Shown here: piece by piece, positions 1 through 9,947 of the stretch
How positions within the stretch are numbered: position 1 is the stretch's first letter
Layout: each line of letters starts with the position of its first letter
DNA from: an uncultured Terriglobus sp.
GTDB lineage: Bacteria > Acidobacteriota > Terriglobia > Terriglobales > Acidobacteriaceae
NCBI GenBank assembly: GCA_964251045.1
Contig: CAXUHI010000012.1
Span: 39,456 to 103,455, forward strand
Direction: 5' to 3'
DNA length: 64,000 nt
The notes under the pieces: generated by a model
What the model was told of the DNA's origin: nothing
Seen by the model: only the letters and a program-made list of their open reading frames with translations
Databases searched by the model: none
Translations under genes and position numbers: made by a program

Positions 1-2060
1 GGCTGCGAGGGTTGTTCCGGCGCAGTTGCCCGTGACGTTAAAGTCCCCGGTGATGGTGACGCTGGCGATGGCGAGCGGACCGTTGCCGGTGTTGGTGACG
101 GTGACGACCCGGGTTGCGCTGGTGCTGCCGGAGACGGTGTCAGGGAAGGCGATCGAGGCGGGATTGACCGTGAGTGCGCCGGTGACGCCGCTGCCCGTGA
201 GATTGGCGGTGTGATTGCCCTGGGTGTCCGGCAGGGAGAGGACGCCGGTGCGGTTGCCGCTGACCGCAGGCGTGAACGTAATGCTGATGCTGCAGGCGCT
301 GTTTGCGGCAAGGGTGGTACCGCAGGTGTTGGCGGCGATGGCAAAGTCACCGGTGATGCTCGCCGCGCTGAGTGTGGCAGTGTCGGTGCCGCCATTGCTG
401 ACGGTGACGGTCTGCGAGGCGGAGGTGGTGCCGACACCGACCTGACCAAAGGCGAGCAGGCCTGGCGCGAGAGTAACGATGGGTGCGCCAATGCCGTTGC
501 CGGTGAGGCTGATGAGATGCGGACCGTTTGCATCGGTAACCGTCAGCGTACCCGTCCGAGTACCGGTGGCGTGCGGTGTGAAGTCAACCGAGACAGTGCA
601 GGTGGCTCCAGAGGCAAGAGCCGTTCCACAGGACGAAGCCGCGATGAAGTAGTCGCCGGTGATGGTGGCGGATCCCAGGCCGAGCGCGGCGGAGCCGTTG
701 TTACTGACGGTGACGGTCTGCGCCGCGGAGGTGCTGTTGACCGCAATTGTGCCGAAGGAGAGCGCGGCCGGTGCAACCGCAACGCTGGGTGTGCCGTGGC
801 CATTGCCTGTCAGCATGACGATGTGCGCCGCCGTGTGCAAACTCTCCGTCAGGGTGATGTAGCCGGAGCGGGGGCCGTCCACGGTGGGCGTGTAGACCAC
901 GCTAAAGTGGCAGGTAAAGGGAGGGCCCATGAGGCCGACGCAGGTATTGCTACCGGACGGCACACTGAAGTCGGCGGAGGGTGAGAGTACACCCCAGACG
1001 ATCGGAGAACTACCCGGTGTGCCGATGTAGGTGACAGTCACAGTCTGTGCGGAAGACGAGCTGCCAACGTTGACCGTACCGAAGTCAAGCGATGCCGGAG
1101 AGAATGTGATGTCGGCGGAGGTTCCCAGGCCGGTCAGTGTGACGGTGTGATTGAACCTGCCGTCAGAGAGGGTGAAGGTTCCGCTACGGGGGCCCACTGC
1201 GGTGGGCACGAAGAAGAGGTCGATGGTGCAGCTTTGACCGGGAGCAAGCGCCGCCGTGCACCCATTGTGATAGACGCCGAAGTCGCCCGTGAGGACGGGC
1301 GCTCCCAGCGTCGCCGCAACGTTGCCGCCATTCTGTACGGTAACAGTCTGAACTGTGATCGTCTGGCCGAGTGTGTTGTTGACGACACGATTCCCGAAGT
1401 CGATGGACGCCGGCGACACGGTGACCGCAAAGCTGCCCGTGCCTGCGCCGTTCAGGGAGACGGTGTACATCGTGGTGCCGTCAGAGATCGACGCCGTTCC
1501 GAGCTCGGTCGCGTTCTGCGACGGGCTGAAGCTGATGGAAAGGGTGCAGCTGCTGCCCGGGTTCAGGGTGCTGCCGCATGTGGTTCCGGCAATGTTGAAA
1601 TCGGCGCTGCTGGTGGGAGTGCTCAGAGTGGCCGCGCCGGTTCCTGTGTTACGCAGCGTCACCGATTGCGACGCCGAAGTGCTGCCCACCGTGGTGGTGG
1701 GAAACGACAGGGTACCGGGTGCGAGCACAAGGCTGGGTGTACCCTGCCCCGTGCCGCTGAGGGGCAGTGACGCGTAGCCGCCGCCGACGTTGGCGTACAC
1801 GGCCACGGTGCCGTTCGCGGTGCCCGGTGTGCTCGGTGAGAAGGTCACGGAAAGGGTGCAGCTCTGATTAACGGTAAGCGATGTGTTGGCGCAGGTGTCC
1901 GTTTCCGCAAATCCATTGCTCGCGGACACAGCGGAGATCTTCAGAGCAGCGTTGCCGGTGTTGGTAAGCGTGACGGTCTGCGCGGCGCTCGTGGTACCCA
2001 CCGCCTCCGTCGTAAAGGTGAGTGAGCCTGGCGAGAAGGTGACCGCCGGCTGCACGGTCT
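1..2060 (-). repeat. Tandem ~310-nt coding repeats: six complete and one partial Ig-like module of the giant protein.
   Basis: Each module starts xxVxxxPxxLxFG and ends LxGxG. The modules are divergent at DNA level and recognisable at protein level. Confidence 0.7.
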
Positions 2061-4932
2061 GCCCTGCGGTGAGGAGCGGGATCTGCCAGATGCCGCGGCC
2101 GTAGCTTCCCGCGCGCAAAAGGCCCGTCGTGCGGGATGCCACGAGCGAAAGCATGGGTGCATTGGGAAGCGCGGTGCCAAACACGCCCCAGCAGCTTGAG
2201 GTGGTGCCCGTCTGCGCGGGAACGCAGGTGGTAACGTCCGCCGTGGCGTACACGCCGGTGTCCATGGCGACGTAGACGACCAGCGGATTGTTTGGATCGA
2301 CGGCCACGCCGTTCGCAGGTGCGTTGGGGAGATTGGCGGAGATGTTGAGCCACGTGTTGCCGCCATCGGTCGAGCGATAGACGTGCGGATAGCCGAAGCC
2401 CATGATCGTGGCGTAGACGGTCTTGCCCGTCGCGTCGCTTGGATCGACCGCGACGCTTGAAATGTCGAAGCCACCCTGGTTGAAGCCGTTTGGATCGTTG
2501 GATACGGGATTCAGGCTGGTGTCCGTCCATGCCGTGGAGGATGCCGCCGTCGCACCGAGGGTGGTGGCGTAAAGGTGGCCACCGTAGGTGCTGCCACCAT
2601 CCGCAAGTCCCGCCAGACCGGCGTAGAGAACGCTGGAACCGCTGTTCTGTGCACCGTTGGCCTGCACCGCCGGGCCGCCCGCGGCGAGCGAGCGGATGGA
2701 AGCGTCGCTGCTGTTGCAGGCGGGTGCGGATGGACCCGCAAGGAAGCGGCTGATGGCGTTGGAGGCGGACCACGTGCTGCCACCGCTGACGGGACCGCGA
2801 AAGACGCGGCAGGTGCCCACGACGGCATTCGTGTTGAGATTGGGATCGAGCAGGGCCGGCGGGTCAGCCTGTGACTCGTCGCCCTGCACCTGCGCGCTGC
2901 CGATGGCTGCTGGACCAGCAAAGTCGTTCGTGCCGCAGGCTGATCCGCGCGTGCAGGCATGCAGCGCGACACCCGCACCGGACTGCAGGAGCCAGGTTTG
3001 CCCATTGGATTGATCGATGGCAACCGTGCCGCTTTCACCCGCGCTGAGTTGTGTCCAGGGTGCTGCGGAGGATGCCTGCGCCGCGGTCGTGCTGGCGGCG
3101 CTGCCGTTTGCACCCAGGGCGGCCAGAAGCGTATTCGGGTCGGACGGATGCGAACTGAAGCCGGAGATCTCCGCAAGGGAGCCTAGGGCGCTGTTGAGAT
3201 TGTCGAAGTGCGCGGCATCGTCGGGCGAGCACACGGCCTGCTGCTGGCGCACGCCGTCGAGCGAACGCCACAGACCGCCGTCGTTGCCGAAGTACATCAC
3301 AGGAGCGGCGCTGTTGGACGGATTGGCCTGCCACGCAATGGCGTGCTGCGCGGGTGCGACACCGGCGGGGGCGGCGCAGCCGTCGTTGGTGTTCGTGGTG
3401 TTGCGGAGCGAGCAGCCACCGTACAGCCCGCAGCGATACAGGTCCGCAGTGCCTGCAAAGAGCAGCGTGTCGGTCATGCTGAGCGCGGTGGCGGCGGGAA
3501 CCGCGGCAAGCGCCAGGTTGTAGTCGCCCTGCGGGATGGTGCCACTGCTCTCCATGGGAGCCGCGTTGATCTGAGTGCCCCACTGCACCGTTGCGGAGGC
3601 GCAGGCACCGTTGCTCTGGTTGCAGGTGTCCTGCCACAGGCCCTGATCGTTGTTGACCGTATCGACGGTCAGCGCGAACAGGTCACCGGAGACGGGCTGG
3701 GCTGCAAGAGCGCCGCGAACGATGGCGCAGCTTGCCAGGCCGGATGTATTAGGCCGGGTGGGGCAGTTGGCGGCGGTCAATCCCGCACCCGGCTGGTTGG
3801 CCATGCGTGTGAAGTTGATTCCATCCGGCGACTCGTAGTAGCCGTGGAACCGGACTGCGGCATAGAACTTCTGCCGGACGGGGTTCCACACGACGGAGGT
3901 GGCTGCGTTGCCGTGAAAGGTCGAGAAATCCGTATAGAGGTACTGGATGATGGTGTCGCCGTCTTTCAGCGATGCTGCTGTCCAGTGCGCGCCGCCATCC
4001 TGCGAGTAATACAGTCCGCTGGCATTCTGTCCCTGTACGTGTTGCACGGTGCCGGATTCTGTCGAGGTGCTGACGGCAGCGACCACGAGCTGGGGTGATG
4101 CCGTACTCCACGCAAAGCCTGCGAACGCCTCCCCGGTGAAGCCACCGCCATTCGGGTTGGTGATCAGTGACCAGGTGGAGCCGTGATCTGCTGAACGCAG
4201 CAGGCCGGAGCCGTAGTAGCTGTCCGTGGCGTCGTTCGGGTCGCCGGTTCCGGCCAGAATGACGCCGGTGCCGCCGGGTTGGACAGAGATCGCGCCGATG
4301 GAGAGTGACGGGATGGCGCTGGTGCCAGCATTCGGAGAAAAGGCGCTCAGCGTGTCGGTGAGGGGACTAAAGACGACCGATGCGGCGCTGCCTGCGGCGT
4401 TCGTGCTCTTCCACACACCGCCGCCGGAAGTCCCGGCGTACACCGTGTTGCCCGTGGTGTCGTTGGGATCAATGGCGACGGAGGTGACGCGGCCGGTAAC
4501 GCGACCGTACGCCGCGGTCTGTACCTGAAGGGGTCCGACGGGCGTCCAGCGCGCGCTGGCCGAACCGGCCCGTGGCAGCGGCCCGGCCTCAGACTGCATC
4601 GCGAGGTGCTGCGCCCGCGCCTGTGCCAGGGCCTCGGCAGGCGGTGTGGTGCCGTTTGCGGTGGACGTTCTGCCGCGGAGAAACTGTGCGGCCCGATGTT
4701 TTGCTGCGGCGGCGTGTTCCGCCGGGGTCAGGGTCTCTTGCGCGCCCGCGGCGGCGCACACCAGCATGGCCAGCAGGACGGCGGCGGTGACACAGAGGCC
4801 AAGGCGCGGACGCGGCGTTTCTGGGAGACAAGCCGGATGGGTATGCCTTCGGGCTGTCCGGTCCTGCAGGTGGTGCACAAAAGTCCTCTGCGCGCTTTGA
4901 GCAAACGCAGCGCGCAGCCGTGCACGGTGCAT
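1..4932 (-). CDS. Large secreted protein, 3' end outside the window. Signal peptide, then a BNR/Asp-box beta-propeller (sortilin/Ycf48-like), then tandem Ig-like 'choice-of-anchor D / ASH-type' modules.
   Basis: Absent from the ORF track because it runs off the window. My own minus-strand translation is one uninterrupted frame from ATG 4932 (alternative GTG 4878) down to nt 1. It shows a signal-like LGLCVTAAVLLAMLVCAAAGAQE and Asp-box motifs SADHGSTW, SQDGGAHW and STDGGNTW. After that come repeated modules of the form TVTVTNTGNxxLxIxxxxxxGDFxxxxxCxxxLxxxxSCTxxVxFxP. The + strand ORFs listed here are Arg/Gly/Ala-rich shadows. Exact start codon uncertain. Confidence 0.8.
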   Translation of the reverse strand, partial: MHRARLRAAFAQSAQRTFVHHLQDRTARRHTHPACLPETPRPRLGLCVTAAVLLAMLVCAAAGAQETLTPAEHAAAAKHRAAQFLRGRTSTANGTTPPAEALAQARAQHLAMQSEAGPLPRAGSASARWTPVGPLQVQTAAYGRVTGRVTSVAIDPNDTTGNTVYAGTSGGGVWKSTNAAGSAASVVFSPLTDTLSAFSPNAGTSAIPSLSIGAISVQPGGTGVILAGTGDPNDATDSYYGSGLLRSADHGSTWSLITNPNGGGFTGEAFAGFAWSTASPQLVVAAVSTSTESGTVQHVQGQNASGLYYSQDGGAHWTAASLKDGDTIIQYLYTDFSTFHGNAATSVVWNPVRQKFYAAVRFHGYYESPDGINFTRMANQPGAGLTAANCPTRPNTSGLASCAIVRGALAAQPVSGDLFALTVDTVNNDQGLWQDTCNQSNGACASATVQWGTQINAAPMESSGTIPQGDYNLALAAVPAATALSMTDTLLFAGTADLYRCGLYGGCSLRNTTNTNDGCAAPAGVAPAQHAIAWQANPSNSAAPVMYFGNDGGLWRSLDGVRQQQAVCSPDDAAHFDNLNSALGSLAEISGFSSHPSDPNTLLAALGANGSAASTTAAQASSAAPWTQLSAGESGTVAIDQSNGQTWLLQSGAGVALHACTRGSACGTNDFAGPAAIGSAQVQGDESQADPPALLDPNLNTNAVVGTCRVFRGPVSGGSTWSASNAISRFLAGPSAPACNSSDASIRSLAAGGPAVQANGAQNSGSSVLYAGLAGLADGGSTYGGHLYATTLGATAASSTAWTDTSLNPVSNDPNGFNQGGFDISSVAVDPSDATGKTVYATIMGFGYPHVYRSTDGGNTWLNISANLPNAPANGVAVDPNNPLVVYVAMDTGVYATADVTTCVPAQTGTTSSCWGVFGTALPNAPMLSLVASRTTGLLRAGSYGRGIWQIPLLTAGQTVQPAVTFSPGSLTFTTEAVGTTSAAQTVTLTNTGNAALKISAVSASNGFAETDTCANTSLTVNQSCTLSVTFSPSTPGTANGTVAVYANVGGGYASLPLSGTGQGTPSLVLAPGTLSFPTTTVGSTSASQSVTLRNTGTGAATLSTPTSSADFNIAGTTCGSTLNPGSSCTLSISFSPSQNATELGTASISDGTTMYTVSLNGAGTGSFAVTVSPASIDFGNRVVNNTLGQTITVQTVTVQNGGNVAATLGAPVLTGDFGVYHNGCTAALAPGQSCTIDLFFVPTAVGPRSGTFTLSDGRFNHTVTLTGLGTSADITFSPASLDFGTVNVGSSSSAQTVTVTYIGTPGSSPIVWGVLSPSADFSVPSGSNTCVGLMGPPFTCHFSVVYTPTVDGPRSGYITLTESLHTAAHIVMLTGNGHGTPSVAVAPAALSFGTIAVNSTSAAQTVTVSNNGSAALGLGSATITGDYFIAASSCGTALASGATCTVSVDFTPHATGTRTGTLTVTDANGPHLISLTGNGIGAPIVTLAPGLLAFGQVGVGTTSASQTVTVSNGGTDTATLSAASITGDFAIAANTCGTTLAANSACSISITFTPAVSGNRTGVLSLPDTQGNHTANLTGSGVTGALTVNPASIAFPDTVSGSTSATRVVTVTNTGNGPLAIASVTITGDFNVTGNCAGTTLAA

Positions 4933-5087
4933 TTGGCATTCCGCAACAGAGGCCTTCGGGTGAGAATGCTCTCAGCCTTTTCGCGAAATCAACAGGTGTT
5001 CCTGATCCCGAGGGAGGCTAAAAAGCTGAAGGAGACGCGCCGGCTCTCAGTGGCCGTGTGGCCACACCCGCACCGTGGGCAAGGCCG

Positions 5088-6500
5088 TCAGCAGCGCACA
5101 ACCTTGGGGGAGACGATGTCACGTGTGGCGTTCCTTGAATCTACCACCAGCCTGGAGTGCGCAACAATGGTTTCCATTTCATAGGATGAATGGTTCGTTG
5201 CCACCACCACGCAGTCAAACTCGCCCACGCGGTCCAGCGATGTCGATCGCATGTTGAGGTCGTACTTGCGGCCGCGCCCGACGAAGGGGAAGAATGGATC
5301 GTTGTAGCTCACCTGGCATCCCAGGCCTTGCAGGTGTTCGATCAGCACAAGCGCGGGCGACTCCCGCAGGTCATCCACGTCCGCCTTGTACGCTATGCCC
5401 AGAACGAGCACCGTTGCTCCCTTGGTCGCGATGCCCCTTCCATTCAGAGCGCGTGCGATCTGTCGCATGACGAAGAGGGGCATCTGCTCGTTGATCTCCC
5501 CGGCGAGCTGGATGAAGCGCGTGGTAAATCCGAACTCGTGAGCCTTCCAGGTGAGGTAGAAGGGATCCACCGGAATGCAGTGCCCGCCGATCCCGGGCCC
5601 GGGATAAAAGGGTTGAAAGCCGAACGGCTTGGTGGCGGCGGCGTCGATGACCTCCCAGATATCCACGCCCATGCACATGCAAAGCTGCTTCAACTCATTG
5701 ACCAGCGCGATGTTGACCGAGCGATAGATGTTCTCCAGGAGCTTGGTCATCTCCGCTGTGGCGGGTGAAGAGACAGGGACGGTTTTGTCGAAGATGGCAC
5801 CGTAAAGCGCGCAGGCGGCCCTGGTGGCAACGGCGTCCATGCCGCCCACCACCTTTGGGATCTCGCGGCGCGGCGTGATCATGTTGCCGGGATCTTCCCT
5901 TTCCGGAGAAAACGCGACAAGAACGCCATCGATCACGTCGGAGCCGTCGCTGGCGATCTGGACGGAGACGCCGCGCTCCGCGCCGGCCTCCATCAGGATG
6001 CGGACCACGATCTCCTCGGTCGTGCCTGGATAGGTGGTGCTCTCCAGGATAATGAGTTGGCCTTCCCGCACATAGGGTGCGATGGCGTGCACGGTAGCTT
6101 CCACGTAGCTCAGGTCAGGCGCGTGGTGATCATTCAGCGGCGTGGGAACGCAGATCAGAACTGCGTCCATCTGCGCGATGCGCGAGAAGTCGCTGGTCGC
6201 GGAGAATCCGCGTGCATGTGCCGCGGCGATGTGCTCAGGCTCGATGCGCCAGATGTAGCTCTCGCCGCCGTTGAGCATGGCCACCTTCTTCTCATCGATG
6301 TCAAACCCGGTGACGCGAAAACGTTCACCAGCGAAGAGAAGTGTCAGCGGCAGGCCGACGTAGCCCAGCCCGATGATGCCGACACGCGCCTCCCGGCTGT
6401 TGACTCTGTCCTGCCACGCCGCCAGGGACAGGACAGAGGTGGTCTCCCGAAGGCTCTCGACTGCCAACCCTAGACCTCTATGCACCCATACCTCCCACAA
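5088..6500 (-). CDS. Nucleotide-sugar dehydrogenase, UDP-N-acetyl-D-glucosamine/mannosamine 6-dehydrogenase family (WbpO/TviB/WecC-like).
   Basis: N-terminal Rossmann motif VGIIGLGYVGLPL and family blocks VLICVPTPL and GGHCIPVDP. The track start is TTG. A GTG at 6485 preceded by GGGAGG is an alternative start. Confidence 0.85.
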   Translation of the reverse strand: MWEVWVHRGLGLAVESLRETTSVLSLAAWQDRVNSREARVGIIGLGYVGLPLTLLFAGERFRVTGFDIDEKKVAMLNGGESYIWRIEPEHIAAAHARGFSATSDFSRIAQMDAVLICVPTPLNDHHAPDLSYVEATVHAIAPYVREGQLIILESTTYPGTTEEIVVRILMEAGAERGVSVQIASDGSDVIDGVLVAFSPEREDPGNMITPRREIPKVVGGMDAVATRAACALYGAIFDKTVPVSSPATAEMTKLLENIYRSVNIALVNELKQLCMCMGVDIWEVIDAAATKPFGFQPFYPGPGIGGHCIPVDPFYLTWKAHEFGFTTRFIQLAGEINEQMPLFVMRQIARALNGRGIATKGATVLVLGIAYKADVDDLRESPALVLIEHLQGLGCQVSYNDPFFPFVGRGRKYDLNMRSTSLDRVGEFDCVVVATNHSSYEMETIVAHSRLVVDSRNATRDIVSPKVVRC

Positions 6501-6598
6501 CTTCTTGCGTTGGACTACAAAAAAGTTCCTCTGGATTCAACAGGAGCGGTGAGTTGCGCATCCTATGCTCTCGTTGGGTCTACCAAAGGAGACAAACA

Positions 6599-7297
6599 AT
6601 GAAGAACAAAGTTGCTGCCGCGCTCTGCACATCTGTCGCATTCGTGAGCATGGCGAAGGCCGATGACACATCGAAGCTGGCAGAACGGGTGGAAGCGGCA
6701 CATGCTGTGCTGCACCAGTTGATGGCGACCCCGGACAAGAGCGTTCCCCTGGATATCGCGGCGAAGGCGTCCTGTGTGGCAGTCGTCCCCGGATTTAAGA
6801 AGGGTGCATTCGTGGTCGGTGGCCAATATGGTCAGGGTGTTGCAACATGCCGCACGGGTCATGGGTGGAGTGCGCCGGTGTTCATCCAGATTACCGGAGC
6901 GAGCTTCGGGCTGCAGATTGGCGGTCAGTCGACCGACCTGGTCCTTGTGGGGATTAATCGCAAGAGCATGGACGACATGCTGAAGGAGAAGGTCAAGCTG
7001 GGCGGCGATATCGCAGCGTCAGCCGGTCCGGTCGGACGCGACTCGCAGGCAGCAACGTCTATTCTGGCGAATGCGGAATTTTTGACCTACTCACGGTCGA
7101 AGGGTTTGTTCGCTGGTGTCGATCTGACGGGTGATGAGATTCACCAGAACGCGAAGGATACGAACGAGTTCTACGGCAAGGACATCCCGTACCAGCAGAT
7201 TCTGTCCGGCTCCGTGCCGACGCCAGCTGGCGCGCAGCACTTTGTCAGCACGGTCAATCAGATGTTCCGGGCGGGCAAGTCCAACGCCGGTAGATAG
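6599..7297 (+). CDS. Secreted SYLF (Ysc84/DUF500) lipid-binding-domain protein.
   Basis: ATG 6599 is preceded by AAGGAG. Signal peptide MKNKVAAALCTSVAFVSMAKA. SYLF-type blocks: AVVPGFKKGAFVVGGQYGQGV, GASFGLQIGGQ and GPVGRD. Confidence 0.8.
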   Translation: MKNKVAAALCTSVAFVSMAKADDTSKLAERVEAAHAVLHQLMATPDKSVPLDIAAKASCVAVVPGFKKGAFVVGGQYGQGVATCRTGHGWSAPVFIQITGASFGLQIGGQSTDLVLVGINRKSMDDMLKEKVKLGGDIAASAGPVGRDSQAATSILANAEFLTYSRSKGLFAGVDLTGDEIHQNAKDTNEFYGKDIPYQQILSGSVPTPAGAQHFVSTVNQMFRAGKSNAGR

Positions 7298-7313
7298 CTG
7301 AATCGCTCCTCGA

Positions 7314-7350
7314 ACGGCCAGCGGCGCCTGTATGCGCTGCTGGCCGTTTT
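7314..7350 (+). terminator. Strong hairpin between two convergent genes, followed by a T-run.
   Basis: 14-bp stem ACGGCCAGCGGCGC / GCGCTGCTGGCCGT with a 6-nt loop, then TTT(T). It lies between the SYLF stop (7297) and the epimerase stop (7349). Confidence 0.55.
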
Positions 7351-8296
7351 ACTGCCCGGACCTTTCCTGGTACCACTGCACAGTGCGGCAGAGGCCTTCC
7401 CGCAGATTGATCTCAGGGCTGTACCCAAAGGCTTTGCGGGCGGCATCGATGCTGGCATGTGAGTCACGGACGTCGCCGGAACGTTCCGGCCCATAGAGCG
7501 GCTGCATTGTGCTTCCAAGCAGGCTGCCGATGACCGCATATACCTCATTCAAGGTGTGGCGTTCACCGCAGGCCACGTTGAAAACGCGCCCACTCACCTG
7601 CCCGGCGGGCGCTTCGCTGGCCCGAAGATTTGCCCGCACCACATTTCCGACAAAGGTGAAATCGCGCTCCTGTTCGCCGTCCCCGAAGATGGTAGGGCGC
7701 TCTCCGCGTTGCATCTGGAGAATGAATTTCGCGATCACCCCGGAGTACGGCGAGTCCGCCATCTGTCGCGGGCCGAAGATGTTGAAGTAGCGCAGCGACA
7801 CCGTCTCCATGCCGTACACGGCAGCGTAGCTGGAGAGATACAGTTCACCGGTGAGCTTCTGCACGGCATACGGTGAGAGCGGCTGTGGACGCATGGTTTC
7901 CATGCGGGGGAATCCGGGCTGGTTGCCGTAAGCCGAGCTGGATGCAGCGTACAGAACCCGCCGTACGCCTGCTGCACGGGCCGCTTCCAACAGCTCGAAG
8001 GTTCCATCCGTGTTGGTCCGGTGCGAGGTGCGCGGATCCTGTACGCTGCGCGGAACGGACGGCAGCGCCGCCTGGTGGAAGACGACGTCAACCTCACGGC
8101 AGGCGGCCGCAAGTGCCTCCCCATCGAGCAGCGAGGCTTCAATGAACTCAACCTGACCGCGCAGGTGCGCGATGTTCTCCGCGCGTCCGGTTGCGAAGTT
8201 ATCCAGGCCGCGCACGGCGTCGCCGCGTGCAACCAGCGCGTCCATGAGATGCGAACCGATGAACCCCGCCGCCCCTGTGACCAGTACCTTCCGCAT
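7349..8296 (-). CDS. NAD-dependent extended-SDR epimerase, UDP-GlcNAc(A)/UDP-hexose 4-epimerase family (WbpP/TviC-like).
   Basis: MRKVLVTGAAGFIGSHL Rossmann motif at the internal ATG 8296. Catalytic YAVQK (YxxxK). The upstream part of the track ORF does not look like protein. Confidence 0.85.
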   Translation of the reverse strand: MRKVLVTGAAGFIGSHLMDALVARGDAVRGLDNFATGRAENIAHLRGQVEFIEASLLDGEALAAACREVDVVFHQAALPSVPRSVQDPRTSHRTNTDGTFELLEAARAAGVRRVLYAASSSAYGNQPGFPRMETMRPQPLSPYAVQKLTGELYLSSYAAVYGMETVSLRYFNIFGPRQMADSPYSGVIAKFILQMQRGERPTIFGDGEQERDFTFVGNVVRANLRASEAPAGQVSGRVFNVACGERHTLNEVYAVIGSLLGSTMQPLYGPERSGDVRDSHASIDAARKAFGYSPEINLREGLCRTVQWYQERSGQ

Positions 8297-8444
8297 CTCC
8301 GCAGTATGACAGTTCACGCGCTGACGTCCCGTATGTGCCGGATACTTGTGGCACATGCACGAGGCCCGCTGGGTACGGGACAGTACAAAGCGGCTTCGTG
8401 GCAACGTGAGGAGACCGTCGCGAAACAGCATCTAATCCCTCACG

Positions 8445-9419
8445 ATGCATGGAACGTCCAAGCGGGACAACAGGCACGGCATCTCCGGGTCCAGTGACCG
8501 CGTGCGGGTGCGCCATGTCTGCGGAAGCATCGCGGCGTTTGAAGAGGATATGGTTGCTCTGGAGGAGCCACTGGAGCTGCGATTGATCCACGGTTCGGCG
8601 GACGCGCGGCAGTCAAAGGCGATCACCGTGACCATGCGGACGCCAGGGCATGATGCGGAGCTGGCGGCGGGATTCCTCCTGACAGAAGGTGTGGTGCGGG
8701 AGCGGTCCGATGTCCTGGCGATCCGGTCGCAGGCTGCGGTCCGGCAGGGTGACTCGCATGAAGGGCGTGAGGCGAATCCAGGGCTGGCACGGCAGTCCGT
8801 CTCGAACACGGTGGTGGCGGAGATCGCCCCGGACGTTGCGATCAGTCCACTGACGCTGGAACGGAACTTCTACATGACATCCAGTTGCGGCGTGTGCGGC
8901 AAGGGGTCGCTGCTGGCGCTGCGCAGTGTGTGCCCGCCACGGCTCGTCAACGATGTACGCATGCAAGCCGAGGTGCTGCACGGACTGCCAGACCGCCTGC
9001 GTGCTGCGCAAACCACATTTCATGCAACGGGTGGGCTGCATGGCGCGGGCTTGTTCAGCCCGGACGGCGAGCTGCTGCTGGTGCGCGAGGATGTGGGCCG
9101 GCACAATGCCCTGGACAAGCTAATCGGCGCGATGTTTCTTCAGGATGAGCTGCCGCTGCGCAGGCACGTGCTGCTGCTGAGCGGACGTGCAAGCTTTGAG
9201 CTGCTGCAAAAGGCCGTGATGGCGGGCATCGGTGTGGTGGCTGCGGTCGGCGCGCCCTCCAGCCTGGCTGTGCGTGTGGCGCAGGAGTTTGGGGTGACCC
9301 TGGTAGGGTTTCTGCGCGATGGACGATGTAACATCTACAGCGGCGACGAGCGGATTATCGGTTTGCAGCGCGCCGGTGCCGGTGCGGAAGGCAAGGCGCG
9401 GGAGGAAGTGCACGGATGA
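8445..9419 (+). CDS. fdhD: Formate dehydrogenase accessory sulfurtransferase FdhD.
   Basis: Family blocks: TMRTPGHDAELAAGFLLTEG, SSCGVCGK, EDVGRHNALDKLIG and LLLSGRASFELLQKA. Confidence 0.9.
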   Translation: MHGTSKRDNRHGISGSSDRVRVRHVCGSIAAFEEDMVALEEPLELRLIHGSADARQSKAITVTMRTPGHDAELAAGFLLTEGVVRERSDVLAIRSQAAVRQGDSHEGREANPGLARQSVSNTVVAEIAPDVAISPLTLERNFYMTSSCGVCGKGSLLALRSVCPPRLVNDVRMQAEVLHGLPDRLRAAQTTFHATGGLHGAGLFSPDGELLLVREDVGRHNALDKLIGAMFLQDELPLRRHVLLLSGRASFELLQKAVMAGIGVVAAVGAPSSLAVRVAQEFGVTLVGFLRDGRCNIYSGDERIIGLQRAGAGAEGKAREEVHG

Positions 9420-9805
9420 AATTGCGGTTGGCGGCGCACGCCCTGCGCCTGCGTATCCTGCGGACGGAGCTGGCGCGGTTGGAGGCGGGTGAGGTCCTGC
9501 GGGAGACCGTGCGGCTTGCGCCGGGTGCCGAGGGCTGCATCGGCTATGCGCTGGCGGTAGCCGGGCCGGAACAGCAGCACGATGCGCATGTGTCATGTGT
9601 AAACGGCAGTGTGCAGGTCGTACTCTCGCAGGCTGCGTTCAGGAGATGGTGCCTGCCGGATGAGGTGGGTGTGTATGCGCGCGTCGAGACGGGCGAGGGT
9701 GAGCCTTTGCAGCTGGTCGTGGAGAAGGATTTCGCCTGTCTGGACCGCGATGAGGCAGGCAACCGGGACACCTTTGAGCATCCGGAGGCTGGCGCGGTGT
9801 GCTGA
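9416..9805 (+). CDS. Conserved hypothetical protein. It resembles the MKLRL...LRLRL...VEKDFxCL family, which I recall as DUF7009. That name is not verified.
   Basis: 129-aa ORF whose ATG overlaps the fdhD stop (ATGA at 9416-9419). Its composition is protein-like, unlike the overlapping alternative frames. Confidence 0.6.
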   Translation: MKLRLAAHALRLRILRTELARLEAGEVLRETVRLAPGAEGCIGYALAVAGPEQQHDAHVSCVNGSVQVVLSQAAFRRWCLPDEVGVYARVETGEGEPLQLVVEKDFACLDRDEAGNRDTFEHPEAGAVC

Positions 9806-9947
9806 ACGGCATACCTGGCCCCCCTGCGGTAAGGACAGAACTCGCTTTATCCATGCCGGTCATCCGGGGTTGTGGCCGGTGTTGGCGGTGCGGCTACCCG
9901 GGCCGGCGGAGGGCATCCAATATCCCATCACAAAGCAGGGCGGGGCT

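Noticed and set aside
211-4098. Long + strand ORFs (211-984, 1147-1770, 3208-4098 and others) inside the first 4.6 kb.
   Set aside because: They are Arg/Gly/Ala-rich with no motifs. They lie antisense to a continuous, motif-rich minus-strand frame, which is the giant secreted protein. They are typical high-GC shadow ORFs.
9609-9947. N-terminal 113-codon extension of the XDH-type ORF.
   Set aside because: It overlaps the small conserved ORF in another frame and is not protein-like. The hammerhead domain begins right after ATG 9948.
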